Assembly (NCBI GenBank): GCA_020632415.1
Contig: JACKFO010000002.1
Span: 23,244 to 87,243, forward strand
Source of the DNA: Candidatus Nomurabacteria bacterium
GTDB lineage: Bacteria > Patescibacteriota > Patescibacteriia > UBA1558 > GWA2-36-10
Length of the DNA stretch: 64,000 bases
Direction: 5' to 3'
The notes under the pieces are model-generated. The model was given only the letters and a program-made list of their open reading frames with translations. It did no database searches and had not been told where the DNA came from. A program made the translations under genes and the position numbers. The stretch's first letter is position 1. Every line of letters starts with the position of its first letter. Positions 29,235-39,412 of the stretch are shown piece by piece.

Positions 29235-30146
29235 ATGCCTCAAGGTTCAAACGATATTAAAAGAAGAATCAAGTCCGTCAAAAATACGAACAAGATTACC
29301 AAAGCAATGGAATTGGTTTCTGCTGCTAAAATGCGTAAAGCAGTAGCTCGTGTTTTGAGTACTCGTACTTATGCTGATTTGACCTGGGAGACAATTATGC
29401 ATTTGGTTAAAAAAGTAGATACTACTAAGCATCCTTTTTTTCGAGAAGAAAAAGATGTTAAAAATGTAGCAATTGTTTTGGTCAGTACCAATCGTGGTTT
29501 GTGTGGCAGTTTTAATTCACAGATTGCTCAAAAAGTTATTGACTCGATCAAACTTCATCATCCAGAAGTGGTAAAAACAGATATCATTACTTTTGGCAGC
29601 AAAGGCAAAGACGAGGCTCGCCGTCGCAAATTAAATCTAATTGCTGACTTTCCCAAAAATGATATTACTGATAATTCAGCAGATATTCATCCGATTGTCA
29701 GTATGTTAGTCAAAGATTTTAGCCAGGCTAAATATGATAAAGTTTTTGTTGCTTATACTGATTTTATGTCTTCTTTAAAACAATTGCCTCATGTCAAACA
29801 GCTTTTACCGTTTTCAGCAACTTTAGATGAGCGATTAGGCCATATTATTCATGAAAAAGAAGCTGAAAAAAATAATTTAGAAAATATTTCAGAATTTAAA
29901 TTTGAACCAAGCGAAGAAAAAGTATTAGACACTTTTTTGCCACGTCTATTGGAAGTTCAGTTGTATCAAGCGGTTTTGGAAAGTGAGGCTTCAGAACATT
30001 CGGCTCGAATGTTCTCCATGCGCAATGCCAGCGATGCAGCCACGGAAATGATTGATGAATTAACCTTAATATATAATCAAGTTCGACAAGCTAGCATTAC
30101 TGCTGAAATTGCAGAAATTTCCGCAGGTTCTGCCGCCTTAGAATAA
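29235..30146 (+). CDS. atpG: ATP synthase subunit gamma
   Basis: N-terminus IKRRIKSVKNTNKITKAMELVSAAKMRKA; C-terminal helix. Confidence 0.85.
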   Translation: MPQGSNDIKRRIKSVKNTNKITKAMELVSAAKMRKAVARVLSTRTYADLTWETIMHLVKKVDTTKHPFFREEKDVKNVAIVLVSTNRGLCGSFNSQIAQKVIDSIKLHHPEVVKTDIITFGSKGKDEARRRKLNLIADFPKNDITDNSADIHPIVSMLVKDFSQAKYDKVFVAYTDFMSSLKQLPHVKQLLPFSATLDERLGHIIHEKEAEKNNLENISEFKFEPSEEKVLDTFLPRLLEVQLYQAVLESEASEHSARMFSMRNASDAATEMIDELTLIYNQVRQASITAEIAEISAGSAALE

Positions 30147-30163
30147 ATATAATCAAAAATTAA

Positions 30164-31546
<1,383 letters not shown>

Positions 31547-31578
31547 AAGGATTAAGCTAAACCGGCTTTGTTATTTTT

Positions 31579-32016
31579 ATGAAACATTTTAAGTTAAAAA
31601 TAGTTAGTCCTGAAAAGGTCTTATTTTCAGAAGAAGTAAGTCAAGTTTCAGTTGCAACAACTACTGGGCAAATCACTATTCTAGCAAATCATCTGCCATT
31701 GGTCAGCACTTTAGCGGCTGGTGAAATAGTAATTAAGAAAGATTCAAAAAACGAATCAGTCATGGCTGTTGCCGGTGGCTTGGTTGAAGTTTTGGATCAA
31801 GAAGTGGTGATTTTGGCTGATCGAGTAGAATACGCAACTGAGATTGATGAAGAGCGTGCTGAAGAAGCGAAAAAACGCGCAGAGCTTGCTTTGAAAGAAA
31901 AGCATCTCGACAGTGAAGAATTTGCGATCTTGTCTGCTAACTTAGAAAAAGAAATGAATCGTTTGCGAGTTGCTCGCAAGTATAAAATGCAAGGCATTAG
32001 AACTGGTCAAAATTAA
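31579..32016 (+). CDS. atpC: ATP synthase subunit epsilon
   Basis: Beta-sandwich plus C-terminal helices; operon position. Confidence 0.8.
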   Translation: MKHFKLKIVSPEKVLFSEEVSQVSVATTTGQITILANHLPLVSTLAAGEIVIKKDSKNESVMAVAGGLVEVLDQEVVILADRVEYATEIDEERAEEAKKRAELALKEKHLDSEEFAILSANLEKEMNRLRVARKYKMQGIRTGQN

Positions 32017-32025
32017 ATTAATTTT

Positions 32026-32433
32026 ATGAATTTTATTAGCCCACATCAGATATCAGAGACAGAAGATTGTCCCTTGTTGGTGATCAGTGATTCGGATTGG
32101 CGATTTCGTAAAGCTGATCAAGAGTTCGTAGAGCACGATTTGGCTTATACTGAATTTGATTTTTACTCTTGGCCAAATACCATTAAGGGAATTTTACGTC
32201 AAAATGGTTTTAAAAAAGAATTAGTAGAGAAAATTGTTTCTGTTGCCAGGGGTTTGCACAATATCAAAAAGATACTTTTGTTAAGTCATCATTTAGAAGA
32301 AAGCGAAGATTTTGTAAAAAATTTATTAGCCGCTAGAGATATTTTGGCAAAAGAATTGCCAGATAATTTAGAAATAATCTTGGCTTATTCTAAAAATTCT
32401 CCTCAAGGACTTGAATATAAAATAGTTGAATAA
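32026..32433 (+). CDS. hypothetical protein
   Basis: 135 aa, no recognised domain; followed by a terminator at 32441-32465. Confidence 0.45.
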   Translation: MNFISPHQISETEDCPLLVISDSDWRFRKADQEFVEHDLAYTEFDFYSWPNTIKGILRQNGFKKELVEKIVSVARGLHNIKKILLLSHHLEESEDFVKNLLAARDILAKELPDNLEIILAYSKNSPQGLEYKIVE

Positions 32434-32549
32434 ATATGCTAGCCGCCTTTTAGGCGGTTTTTGTTTTATTAAAAAATATGTTATAATTATGTTTTAGGTA
32501 AGCTAAAATTTATTTATTTGACATATATTTACATTAAGTTATTAGCTTT

Positions 32550-35500
32550 ATGTTTAAAAATCAAGAAAAAAAGAAAAAAAAGCTTAAGGAGCCTGTTTTT
32601 TTGTTATTTAAATTAAAAAAAAGTTTGATCTTTGGTTTAATTTTAGGTTTAATTTTTCAGACCTTTAGCCTTAATGCTCCTCAAGTACAAGCTGCCACTT
32701 TATTAAGCGATGATTTTACGGGTACAACTATTGATACCGCTAAGTGGGTAGAATATGATGCGGCAGGTAGCGGTGGAGAGGCTGGTAATATTCAGCAAAA
32801 TGATTCTTTATCAGTTACTAGTAGTAATAATGGAACCACAGCTCTTGTGTCAGTGGATAGTTTTTCTGCGGATGGTTTAGAAATTTCTTCTGTGATTACT
32901 ACAAGTAATGGTAAGTTCATTTTGGGATACGGAGATCGTGAGTGGTCATTGGCAGGACATAGAGGATATTTACTTTATAATTCTGGTTCTAATATTCTGG
33001 GTTTAGCTTGGAATAATAATGTATTAAAGCAAAATGTTGCTTGTGGCACGATGACCAGTGGAGCCAACTATAAAATGAAAATTATTCCTACTGGTTTTGA
33101 GGTCTATAAAAATGATGCTTTGCAATGTACCGTTACCCCACTTACTGCTGATTTGGTAGATGGTTATTCAATATTTTTAGAATCAAATGATGCGATTTCT
33201 TATTTTGATGATCTTTTAGTCGTTGGTACTGTCAGTGAGGAAGCAACTGTGCCGGCCGCTCCTACTATTGGTACGGCTATAGCTGGTGATACAGAAGCAA
33301 GTATAAGTTTTACTCCGGGATCAAATGGTGGTTCAGCAATTACGGGTTATACTGTGACTTCAAATCCAGGAGCCATTACAGCAACAGGTTCTGCTTCGCC
33401 GATTACAGTCACTGGTCTCACTAATGATACAGAATATACTTTTACAGTGACTGCTACTAACGCCATTGGCACTTCTGATCCTTCGGCTGCTTCTAATGCT
33501 GTGACGCCACACGTAACAGATATTTTTGACGAAGCAGCTTTGTGGCTCAAAGCAGATGCAATTACTGGCTTAAATGATGGCGATGCAGTTACTACTTGGG
33601 GAGATAGCTCTGTCTATGCTTTGGACGCAACACAATCAACAGTAGATTATAAACCAACTTATAAAACAAATATCATAAATTCTCAGCCGATAGTTAGATT
33701 TGACGGTATCAATGATTTATTGCTTACTCCTTCTACAGCCGCCGCTGCTGGTATCACGGTTTTTACGGTTGTGAAAAGTACAGATACGAGTTCTGGCTAT
33801 TTTGCTGCTTTTGGTGGTAATAATAATGCAATTATTACGGGTTTTAGTAATGCTTTATGGGAATATTATAGCAGCCCGAGAACTACTTTGGGCAATATAT
33901 CTACTTCTGAATTTCAAATTATCACCTCAAGAGTGGGCTCGAGTTTGACGAATCCAATTAGTTTGGGTGCAGATGCTGGTAGAGTCGCTCCTTGGGCAGG
34001 AGATGTGGCAGAATTTCTTGTATTCAAATCAGTTTTGTCAGATACTGACTATAATACCGTGTATGATTATTTAAATAATAAATATTTTTCAGCCGTCGAT
34101 CCAGTTGAGCCAGATGCGCCAAGCGAATTAGTAGCTACGCCAGCTAGTGAACAAATGTTGCTTTCTTGGACAGCACCGGCAAGTGATGGCGGAGCAACAA
34201 TTACAGATTATGTTGTAGAATACAAATTAAGTTCTGAGCCTACTACTTGGACTACTTTTGATGATGGTGTTTCTACTGAAACTACTGCTACGGTCACGGG
34301 GCTAACTAATAATTTGAGTTATGATTTTAGAGTGTCGGCAACTAATTCAGTAGGCACAGGTGCTGTTTCAGATACAGCAACGGAAACGCCAGCGCTCAGC
34401 GTACCCTCAGCACCTATTAGTTTGTCAGCTAGTGGTGGTAATAGTGATGCTACTCTTTCTTGGACAGCTCCCGCAAGCGATGGTGGAGCAGCGATTACAG
34501 ATTATGTTGTAGAATATAAACTAAGTTCTGAGCCTACTACTTGGACTACTTTTGACGATGGTGTTTCTACTGAAACTACTGCGACGGTTACGGGGCTAAC
34601 TAATAATTTGAGTTATGATTTTAGAGTGTCGGCAACTAATTCAGTAGGCACAGGTGCTGTTTCAGATACAGCTACTGCCACAGTAGAGTATGTTTTGTTA
34701 ATAGATGATTTTACTGGCACAACTATTGATTCTAGCAAATGGCTGGAGATCGATACTGCTGGCGACGGTGGTGATACTGGCAATGTCCAACAAAATGATT
34801 CTTTGTCGGTTGCTAACAGTGAATCTGGTAGCGACGAAGGGCTTAATGCTTTAGTTTCAGTAGATAGTTTTGATGATAACGATTTAGAGATTTCTGCCAA
34901 ACTGACCGCCGGAGGCCTGACCTTATTTGGCTATGGTGATCGTCAGTGGAATTTGGCTGGCAATAAAGCATATATAATTTATTTAAGTGGCGGCACCTTA
35001 ATGGGCTTGACTTGGCATGACGCTTCTTACGCCAATTCTAATACAAGCTGCGGTACTTATTCCGCTGGGGCAACTTATAAAATGACGATTATTTCCACTG
35101 GCTTTGAAGTTTATAAAAATGATGTGTTGCAGTGCACGGTTAGTCCGGGAGACGGTAATTTGGTAAATAATAAGCCAATATTTTTAGAGTCCAATGGCGC
35201 TACTGCTAGTACTTTTGATGATGTTTATGTAACTGGTACTTATACTGAGCCGACCGCACCAGAGGCTCCGACTATTGGTACTGCTACAGCGGACAATGCG
35301 CAAGCAACTATAACGTTTACCCCTGGTTCATCAGGAGGTTCTCCGATCACCAGCTACACTGTCAGCTCAGATCCAGGTGGCATTACTGCTACTGGTAGCT
35401 CTTCGCCTATTACAGTGACTGGGCTAACTAATGACACTGAATATACTTTTACAGTAACTGCTACTAATGCTATTGGTACCTCTGATCCGTCAGCGGCCTC

Positions 35501-38500
35501 AAATGCGGTTACTCCTACTGTGCCAACCGTTCCTGATCAAGTAACTGACTTGATAGCTTATGGGTATAATCAGCAGGCCTTACTTAGTTGGACTGCTCCA
35601 GACAATGGTGGCGCACCTATTTCAGACTATATAGTAGAGTACAAACCTTCATCAGGAAGCGAGTGGGGAATTTTTGATGATGGTACATCTGCAACTCTTA
35701 AAGCGATCGTTACTGGTTTGGAAAACGATATTCAATATGATTTGAGAGTTTCAGCAGTCAATAGTGGTGGCGCTGGTCTGGCTTCTGATCTTGCCACTGC
35801 CACTCCTAGGGCTTTAACAGAATTGGTAGTTGTCATTAACGGTGAAAGTAATTCTGGTGGACAAGCTCATAATAGCGAGGCAACAGAAGAAGAGCTGTCT
35901 CCTACAGAAGAAGTGCAAATATTAAATAATACATCTTTTGTTTTTGAAGATTTAGACATTGGAACTAATAATAATATTGATCATTGTTGTTGGTTGAATT
36001 CAGCGACACAACATGGTTTAGAATTAGAATTAGCTAGTTCCACAAAGGCTAATAATTTTCCAGATAATCCTCAAATTCATTTGATCAAAACTGGCCAAGG
36101 TGGTTCACGTCTTGCTCAGTGGAATGTTGGCGGTACATATTGGACTAAATTTTTAGAAAGAGTAAATGCCGCTAAAACACAATTATCCGCCAATCCCCAA
36201 TGGATAACGTGGATTAGTATAGGTATTAATGACTATTTGGCCGGGACAACGGTTTCGACTTTTAAGACAGAGTTGATTGCTCATATTAATAAAATAAAAG
36301 ATGAATTACCCGGAACCATAGTCATCTTAACTCAATTTCAAGCAATGAGCGCTAACTCTGGGTACCCAACATATAATGTGGTCATGGACGAAATAGCGGC
36401 TTCTGAAAATAATGTTTTTGTTGTCGATTCTACAGGAGCTGCTTTAGACGATGGTAATCATTGGAGTTATTCTGGGCTAAAAGTCGTTGCCGATAGAATG
36501 GTTACGATCACAAACACCCAACTAGGCCTGATCTACCCGGGAGTACCTACTGACCTTAGTGTGAATCCTGGCGCTACTTCTGCCGATCTAACATGGACTG
36601 CTCCAATAGCAAATGGTGGAGAAACTATCACAGATTATCTTATTGAATACAAAACTTCAGCAGAAAGTTCTTGGACTACTTTTTCTGATGGCACTTCTAC
36701 TGACACCACTGCCACTGTCACTGGTTTAGAAGATAGTACAGATTATAATTTTAGGGTTTCAACAGTAAATAGTAATGGAGCAGGAAATCCTTCTTTAACA
36801 GATGCTACTACTACCGATGGCACAGCCCCAGTAAACTCTAGTGTCACTGCTACTCCGACAGATAATTCAGCTACTATCACTTGGACTACAGATGAAGCAG
36901 GATCAAGTATTGTAGATCATGGATTAAATTCTAGTTATGGATCTTCTACTTCAGAGACTGATACTTCTCCTAGAGTCACAGATCATAGTGTCACTCTTTC
37001 CAATCTTCTCTCTTGTACCACTTACCATTACAGAGTCAGATCAAAAGATCTTGCTCAAAACCAAGGTACTTCTTCAGACTCTACTTTCATGACCACAGGA
37101 TGTACTGGAGATGCAGAAGTAGAACAGACTACCAATGACTCTGTTGCCACTTCTACTGGTGCTACAATTAATTTAAATTCAGGCACAGCCAATCTTACTT
37201 TAGATATTCCAGCAGGTTTTGATGAAGATGCTGCAAGTGATGTCGAATTCCAAGTCAATCAATTAACGACTAATACTTTGCTTTTAACTACAGGTAGCCC
37301 TAGTAGCAGAAGCGTTATTGGTTCGCATACTTATGACCTTTCAGCTTTTAGTGACGCTAACACAGCCTTAACTAATTTTGATCAAGCATTAACTCTCACC
37401 TTTACTTATCTAGATAGTGAAGTAGAGGGAATGGATGAATCAAGTCTAGTCATTTACTACTGGGATGGTGATTCTTGGGAAACACTAGATAACTGTTCAG
37501 TTAACACTACAGCCAACACTGTCTCTTGCACCACTACTCACTTTACAACCTTTGCTTTATTTGGGTCAGCTGCCGCAGAAGAATCAGCTGAAGAAGATGT
37601 ATCTGCTGGAGGCGGAGGAATGGCTATAATCCCTTCTCAAGGAGAAGGACAAGCAGACATTCATATTGGCATGCACCAAACAAAGGCAGGAGTAATCTTA
37701 GATAGTCAAAGCATTAATCTTTTAATGTACATTAATTCAGAGTTAGACTTTCAATTAAAAAATACAAACTTTAACAAAAAATTAATCATCAAAGATCTAA
37801 ACATGTTAAGCTCTGAAGCAGAAATAGAGCTTGCTAACCAAATACTAAAATTAAAGCCAGGACAGTCAGCGCTACTAGATCTTAACCACAACCAAATAGA
37901 TGATCTTAAATTAACTTTTAACACTTTACTTAACAATCGTTTAGATTTAACCTTAACATTCTTAACCTCTAGTGATCTCATTAATTTTGCCAATTATAAT
38001 CTTTTAGTTAAAAGATCAGACGATCCAGCAGTTTATTTGATTGAAAGTGGTCAAAAAAGACTTATTCCAAGCGAAAGTGTTTTCTTAAGTTATGGCTTTC
38101 AATGGTCGGATATTGAAATAGATGATGATCTAGAGCAGTATCCTACAGGAGAGGTACTTACTTATCCAGAACATAACTTTCCAGACGGAACTTTAGTTAA
38201 AGAAAAAAACAAACCACAAGTCTATTTATTGGAAGATCATCAAAAAAGATATATTACTAGCGAACAAATCTTCTTAAGCCATAACTTCAAATGGTCAGAT
38301 ATTATTGAAGTAGATACTCTAAGTTCTTATCCTATTGGGCAAGACCTCAGTATTAAGCAACAAAATAATCTCAATATTACTAGAAGTTTAAACTTAGGTA
38401 TGACCGGAGAAGATGTCAGACAATTACAAACATTACTTGCTCAAGACAAAACAGTGTACCCAGAAGGCAAAATAACCGGATACTTTGGACCTCTTACCGA

Positions 38501-38609
38501 ACAAGCTATTCAAAGATTCCAGCTTAAATACCAGATAGTTAACTCAGCGCAAGAGCAGGGCTATGGAGTGTTTGGACCAAAGACTAGAGCTAAAATTAAT
38601 TCCTTATAA
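32550..38609 (+). CDS. giant (2019 aa) multidomain cell-surface protein: 2x LamG-like, several FN3 repeats, SGNH/SASA-type esterase-like domain, C-terminal PG_binding_1 domain
   Basis: N-terminal signal/anchor; two LamG-like modules (LLSDDFTGTTIDTAKW... / LLIDDFTGTTIDSSKW...); FN3 repeats (SWTAP...YDFRVSATN); SGNH blocks GESNSGG / GINDY / DDGNHW (nt ~35826-36510); C-terminal PG-binding repeat (nt ~38391-38606). Confidence 0.8.
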   Translation: MFKNQEKKKKKLKEPVFLLFKLKKSLIFGLILGLIFQTFSLNAPQVQAATLLSDDFTGTTIDTAKWVEYDAAGSGGEAGNIQQNDSLSVTSSNNGTTALVSVDSFSADGLEISSVITTSNGKFILGYGDREWSLAGHRGYLLYNSGSNILGLAWNNNVLKQNVACGTMTSGANYKMKIIPTGFEVYKNDALQCTVTPLTADLVDGYSIFLESNDAISYFDDLLVVGTVSEEATVPAAPTIGTAIAGDTEASISFTPGSNGGSAITGYTVTSNPGAITATGSASPITVTGLTNDTEYTFTVTATNAIGTSDPSAASNAVTPHVTDIFDEAALWLKADAITGLNDGDAVTTWGDSSVYALDATQSTVDYKPTYKTNIINSQPIVRFDGINDLLLTPSTAAAAGITVFTVVKSTDTSSGYFAAFGGNNNAIITGFSNALWEYYSSPRTTLGNISTSEFQIITSRVGSSLTNPISLGADAGRVAPWAGDVAEFLVFKSVLSDTDYNTVYDYLNNKYFSAVDPVEPDAPSELVATPASEQMLLSWTAPASDGGATITDYVVEYKLSSEPTTWTTFDDGVSTETTATVTGLTNNLSYDFRVSATNSVGTGAVSDTATETPALSVPSAPISLSASGGNSDATLSWTAPASDGGAAITDYVVEYKLSSEPTTWTTFDDGVSTETTATVTGLTNNLSYDFRVSATNSVGTGAVSDTATATVEYVLLIDDFTGTTIDSSKWLEIDTAGDGGDTGNVQQNDSLSVANSESGSDEGLNALVSVDSFDDNDLEISAKLTAGGLTLFGYGDRQWNLAGNKAYIIYLSGGTLMGLTWHDASYANSNTSCGTYSAGATYKMTIISTGFEVYKNDVLQCTVSPGDGNLVNNKPIFLESNGATASTFDDVYVTGTYTEPTAPEAPTIGTATADNAQATITFTPGSSGGSPITSYTVSSDPGGITATGSSSPITVTGLTNDTEYTFTVTATNAIGTSDPSAASNAVTPTVPTVPDQVTDLIAYGYNQQALLSWTAPDNGGAPISDYIVEYKPSSGSEWGIFDDGTSATLKAIVTGLENDIQYDLRVSAVNSGGAGLASDLATATPRALTELVVVINGESNSGGQAHNSEATEEELSPTEEVQILNNTSFVFEDLDIGTNNNIDHCCWLNSATQHGLELELASSTKANNFPDNPQIHLIKTGQGGSRLAQWNVGGTYWTKFLERVNAAKTQLSANPQWITWISIGINDYLAGTTVSTFKTELIAHINKIKDELPGTIVILTQFQAMSANSGYPTYNVVMDEIAASENNVFVVDSTGAALDDGNHWSYSGLKVVADRMVTITNTQLGLIYPGVPTDLSVNPGATSADLTWTAPIANGGETITDYLIEYKTSAESSWTTFSDGTSTDTTATVTGLEDSTDYNFRVSTVNSNGAGNPSLTDATTTDGTAPVNSSVTATPTDNSATITWTTDEAGSSIVDHGLNSSYGSSTSETDTSPRVTDHSVTLSNLLSCTTYHYRVRSKDLAQNQGTSSDSTFMTTGCTGDAEVEQTTNDSVATSTGATINLNSGTANLTLDIPAGFDEDAASDVEFQVNQLTTNTLLLTTGSPSSRSVIGSHTYDLSAFSDANTALTNFDQALTLTFTYLDSEVEGMDESSLVIYYWDGDSWETLDNCSVNTTANTVSCTTTHFTTFALFGSAAAEESAEEDVSAGGGGMAIIPSQGEGQADIHIGMHQTKAGVILDSQSINLLMYINSELDFQLKNTNFNKKLIIKDLNMLSSEAEIELANQILKLKPGQSALLDLNHNQIDDLKLTFNTLLNNRLDLTLTFLTSSDLINFANYNLLVKRSDDPAVYLIESGQKRLIPSESVFLSYGFQWSDIEIDDDLEQYPTGEVLTYPEHNFPDGTLVKEKNKPQVYLLEDHQKRYITSEQIFLSHNFKWSDIIEVDTLSSYPIGQDLSIKQQNNLNITRSLNLGMTGEDVRQLQTLLAQDKTVYPEGKITGYFGPLTEQAIQRFQLKYQIVNSAQEQGYGVFGPKTRAKINSL
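32697..33510 (+). repeat. LamG-like+FN3 module, copy 1 of an intragenic duplication
   Basis: Co-linear protein similarity to the copy at 34695-35535 (same LamG-like order; FN3 ending ...TEYTFTVTATNAIGTSDPSAASNAVTP in both); DNA diverged. Confidence 0.7.
34164..34690 (+). repeat. two tandem ~294-bp FN3-encoding repeats, near-identical at DNA level
   Basis: 34199-34388 vs 34493-34682 differ at only a handful of positions (mostly synonymous wobble changes). Confidence 0.8.
34695..35535 (+). repeat. LamG-like+FN3 module, copy 2
   Basis: See copy 1. Confidence 0.7.
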
Positions 38610-38620
38610 GAATAATAAAA

Positions 38621-38647
38621 AATAGTCTCTTGAAGAGATTATTTTTT
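38621..38647 (+). terminator. rho-independent terminator of the giant gene
   Basis: tctctt-ga-agaga hairpin extended by flanking AT pairs, then a T6 run. Confidence 0.55.
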
Positions 38648-38762
38648 ATTTGCATAAAAGAAACAATTTTCTTAATTTATGTTAAGCGAACTAGACAAAT
38701 TTTTGTTTTTAGCTTAGGCTTAAATTAAGAAAAAGAACCTTGTTTAATTTGGAGTCAGAGCA

Positions 38763-38906
38763 ATGCAACGGAAACCGAAGAAGCCTACGTCCCTGATTCA
38801 ACAGGAGATTATTGAAAGACGTTGGATTCAGGTAGTGCCAGGATTTCCTGACAAGTACGGTAGAAGGAGTAGAAAGAGGAGTCAGTCTAAGAAGCGGGAG
38901 GGCTAA
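38763..38906 (+). CDS. tiny basic protein (47 aa), first gene of a three-gene micro-island
   Basis: GGAG SD 8 nt upstream; stop TAA 2 nt before the next ATG; MQRKPKKPTSLIQQEIIERRWIQVVPGFPDKYGRRSRKRSQSKKREG. Confidence 0.35.
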   Translation: MQRKPKKPTSLIQQEIIERRWIQVVPGFPDKYGRRSRKRSQSKKREG

Positions 38907-38908
38907 TC

Positions 38909-39160
38909 ATGTTTTGGAAAATCATGTTAGTATTGGCAGCGTTGTTATTTGTCCTTTTTTGCCTTAAAGCCTTGAAAGGATTCATTTCACGTATGTGCCA
39001 TACCGAAGGCTGTCCTCGTTGTAATGGTCTTTGCTATGCTGAGCGTCGAGATGATCTTTATGTAGAATGCGACAATTGTCATGCCATCTATCATCCTGTT
39101 ACCGGGACATTACACCCAAGCGAGGCTAACAACAATTCGGTTTCTCAGGCAACCATTTAG
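38909..39160 (+). CDS. small membrane-anchored Cys-rich (zinc-ribbon-like) protein
   Basis: SD GGGAGGG; N-terminal TM helix; C-x4-C-x2-C-x3-C...C-x2-C-H cluster. Confidence 0.45.
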   Translation: MFWKIMLVLAALLFVLFCLKALKGFISRMCHTEGCPRCNGLCYAERRDDLYVECDNCHAIYHPVTGTLHPSEANNNSVSQATI

Positions 39161-39174
39161 AAGGAGTGACGATC

Positions 39175-39345
39175 ATGTCAAAACTTTTGTTGGGACTCGC
39201 GGTCTTTGTGCTTGTTTGCATTGTTTGCGGACATTTTCAGCGTAAGACACCCGGAGGACGCGAAGCGATTGATTGGGAAAGGAGCTTTGGCGATCTGAAA
39301 CCAAGATTCAAGTGGAGGATTTCTCCCAAACCACCAGAGGCTTAG
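39175..39345 (+). CDS. tiny membrane protein (56 aa)
   Basis: SD GAAGGAG; N-terminal TM helix (LLLGLAVFVLVCIVC) plus basic tail; terminator-like structure at 39326-39363. Confidence 0.35.
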   Translation: MSKLLLGLAVFVLVCIVCGHFQRKTPGGREAIDWERSFGDLKPRFKWRISPKPPEA

Positions 39346-39412
39346 AGCCGGGTGGTTTTTATTTTTTCTCGAGGCTAGCCAAAAAATGCTTTTTTCTGCT
39401 AAAATAGACTAT

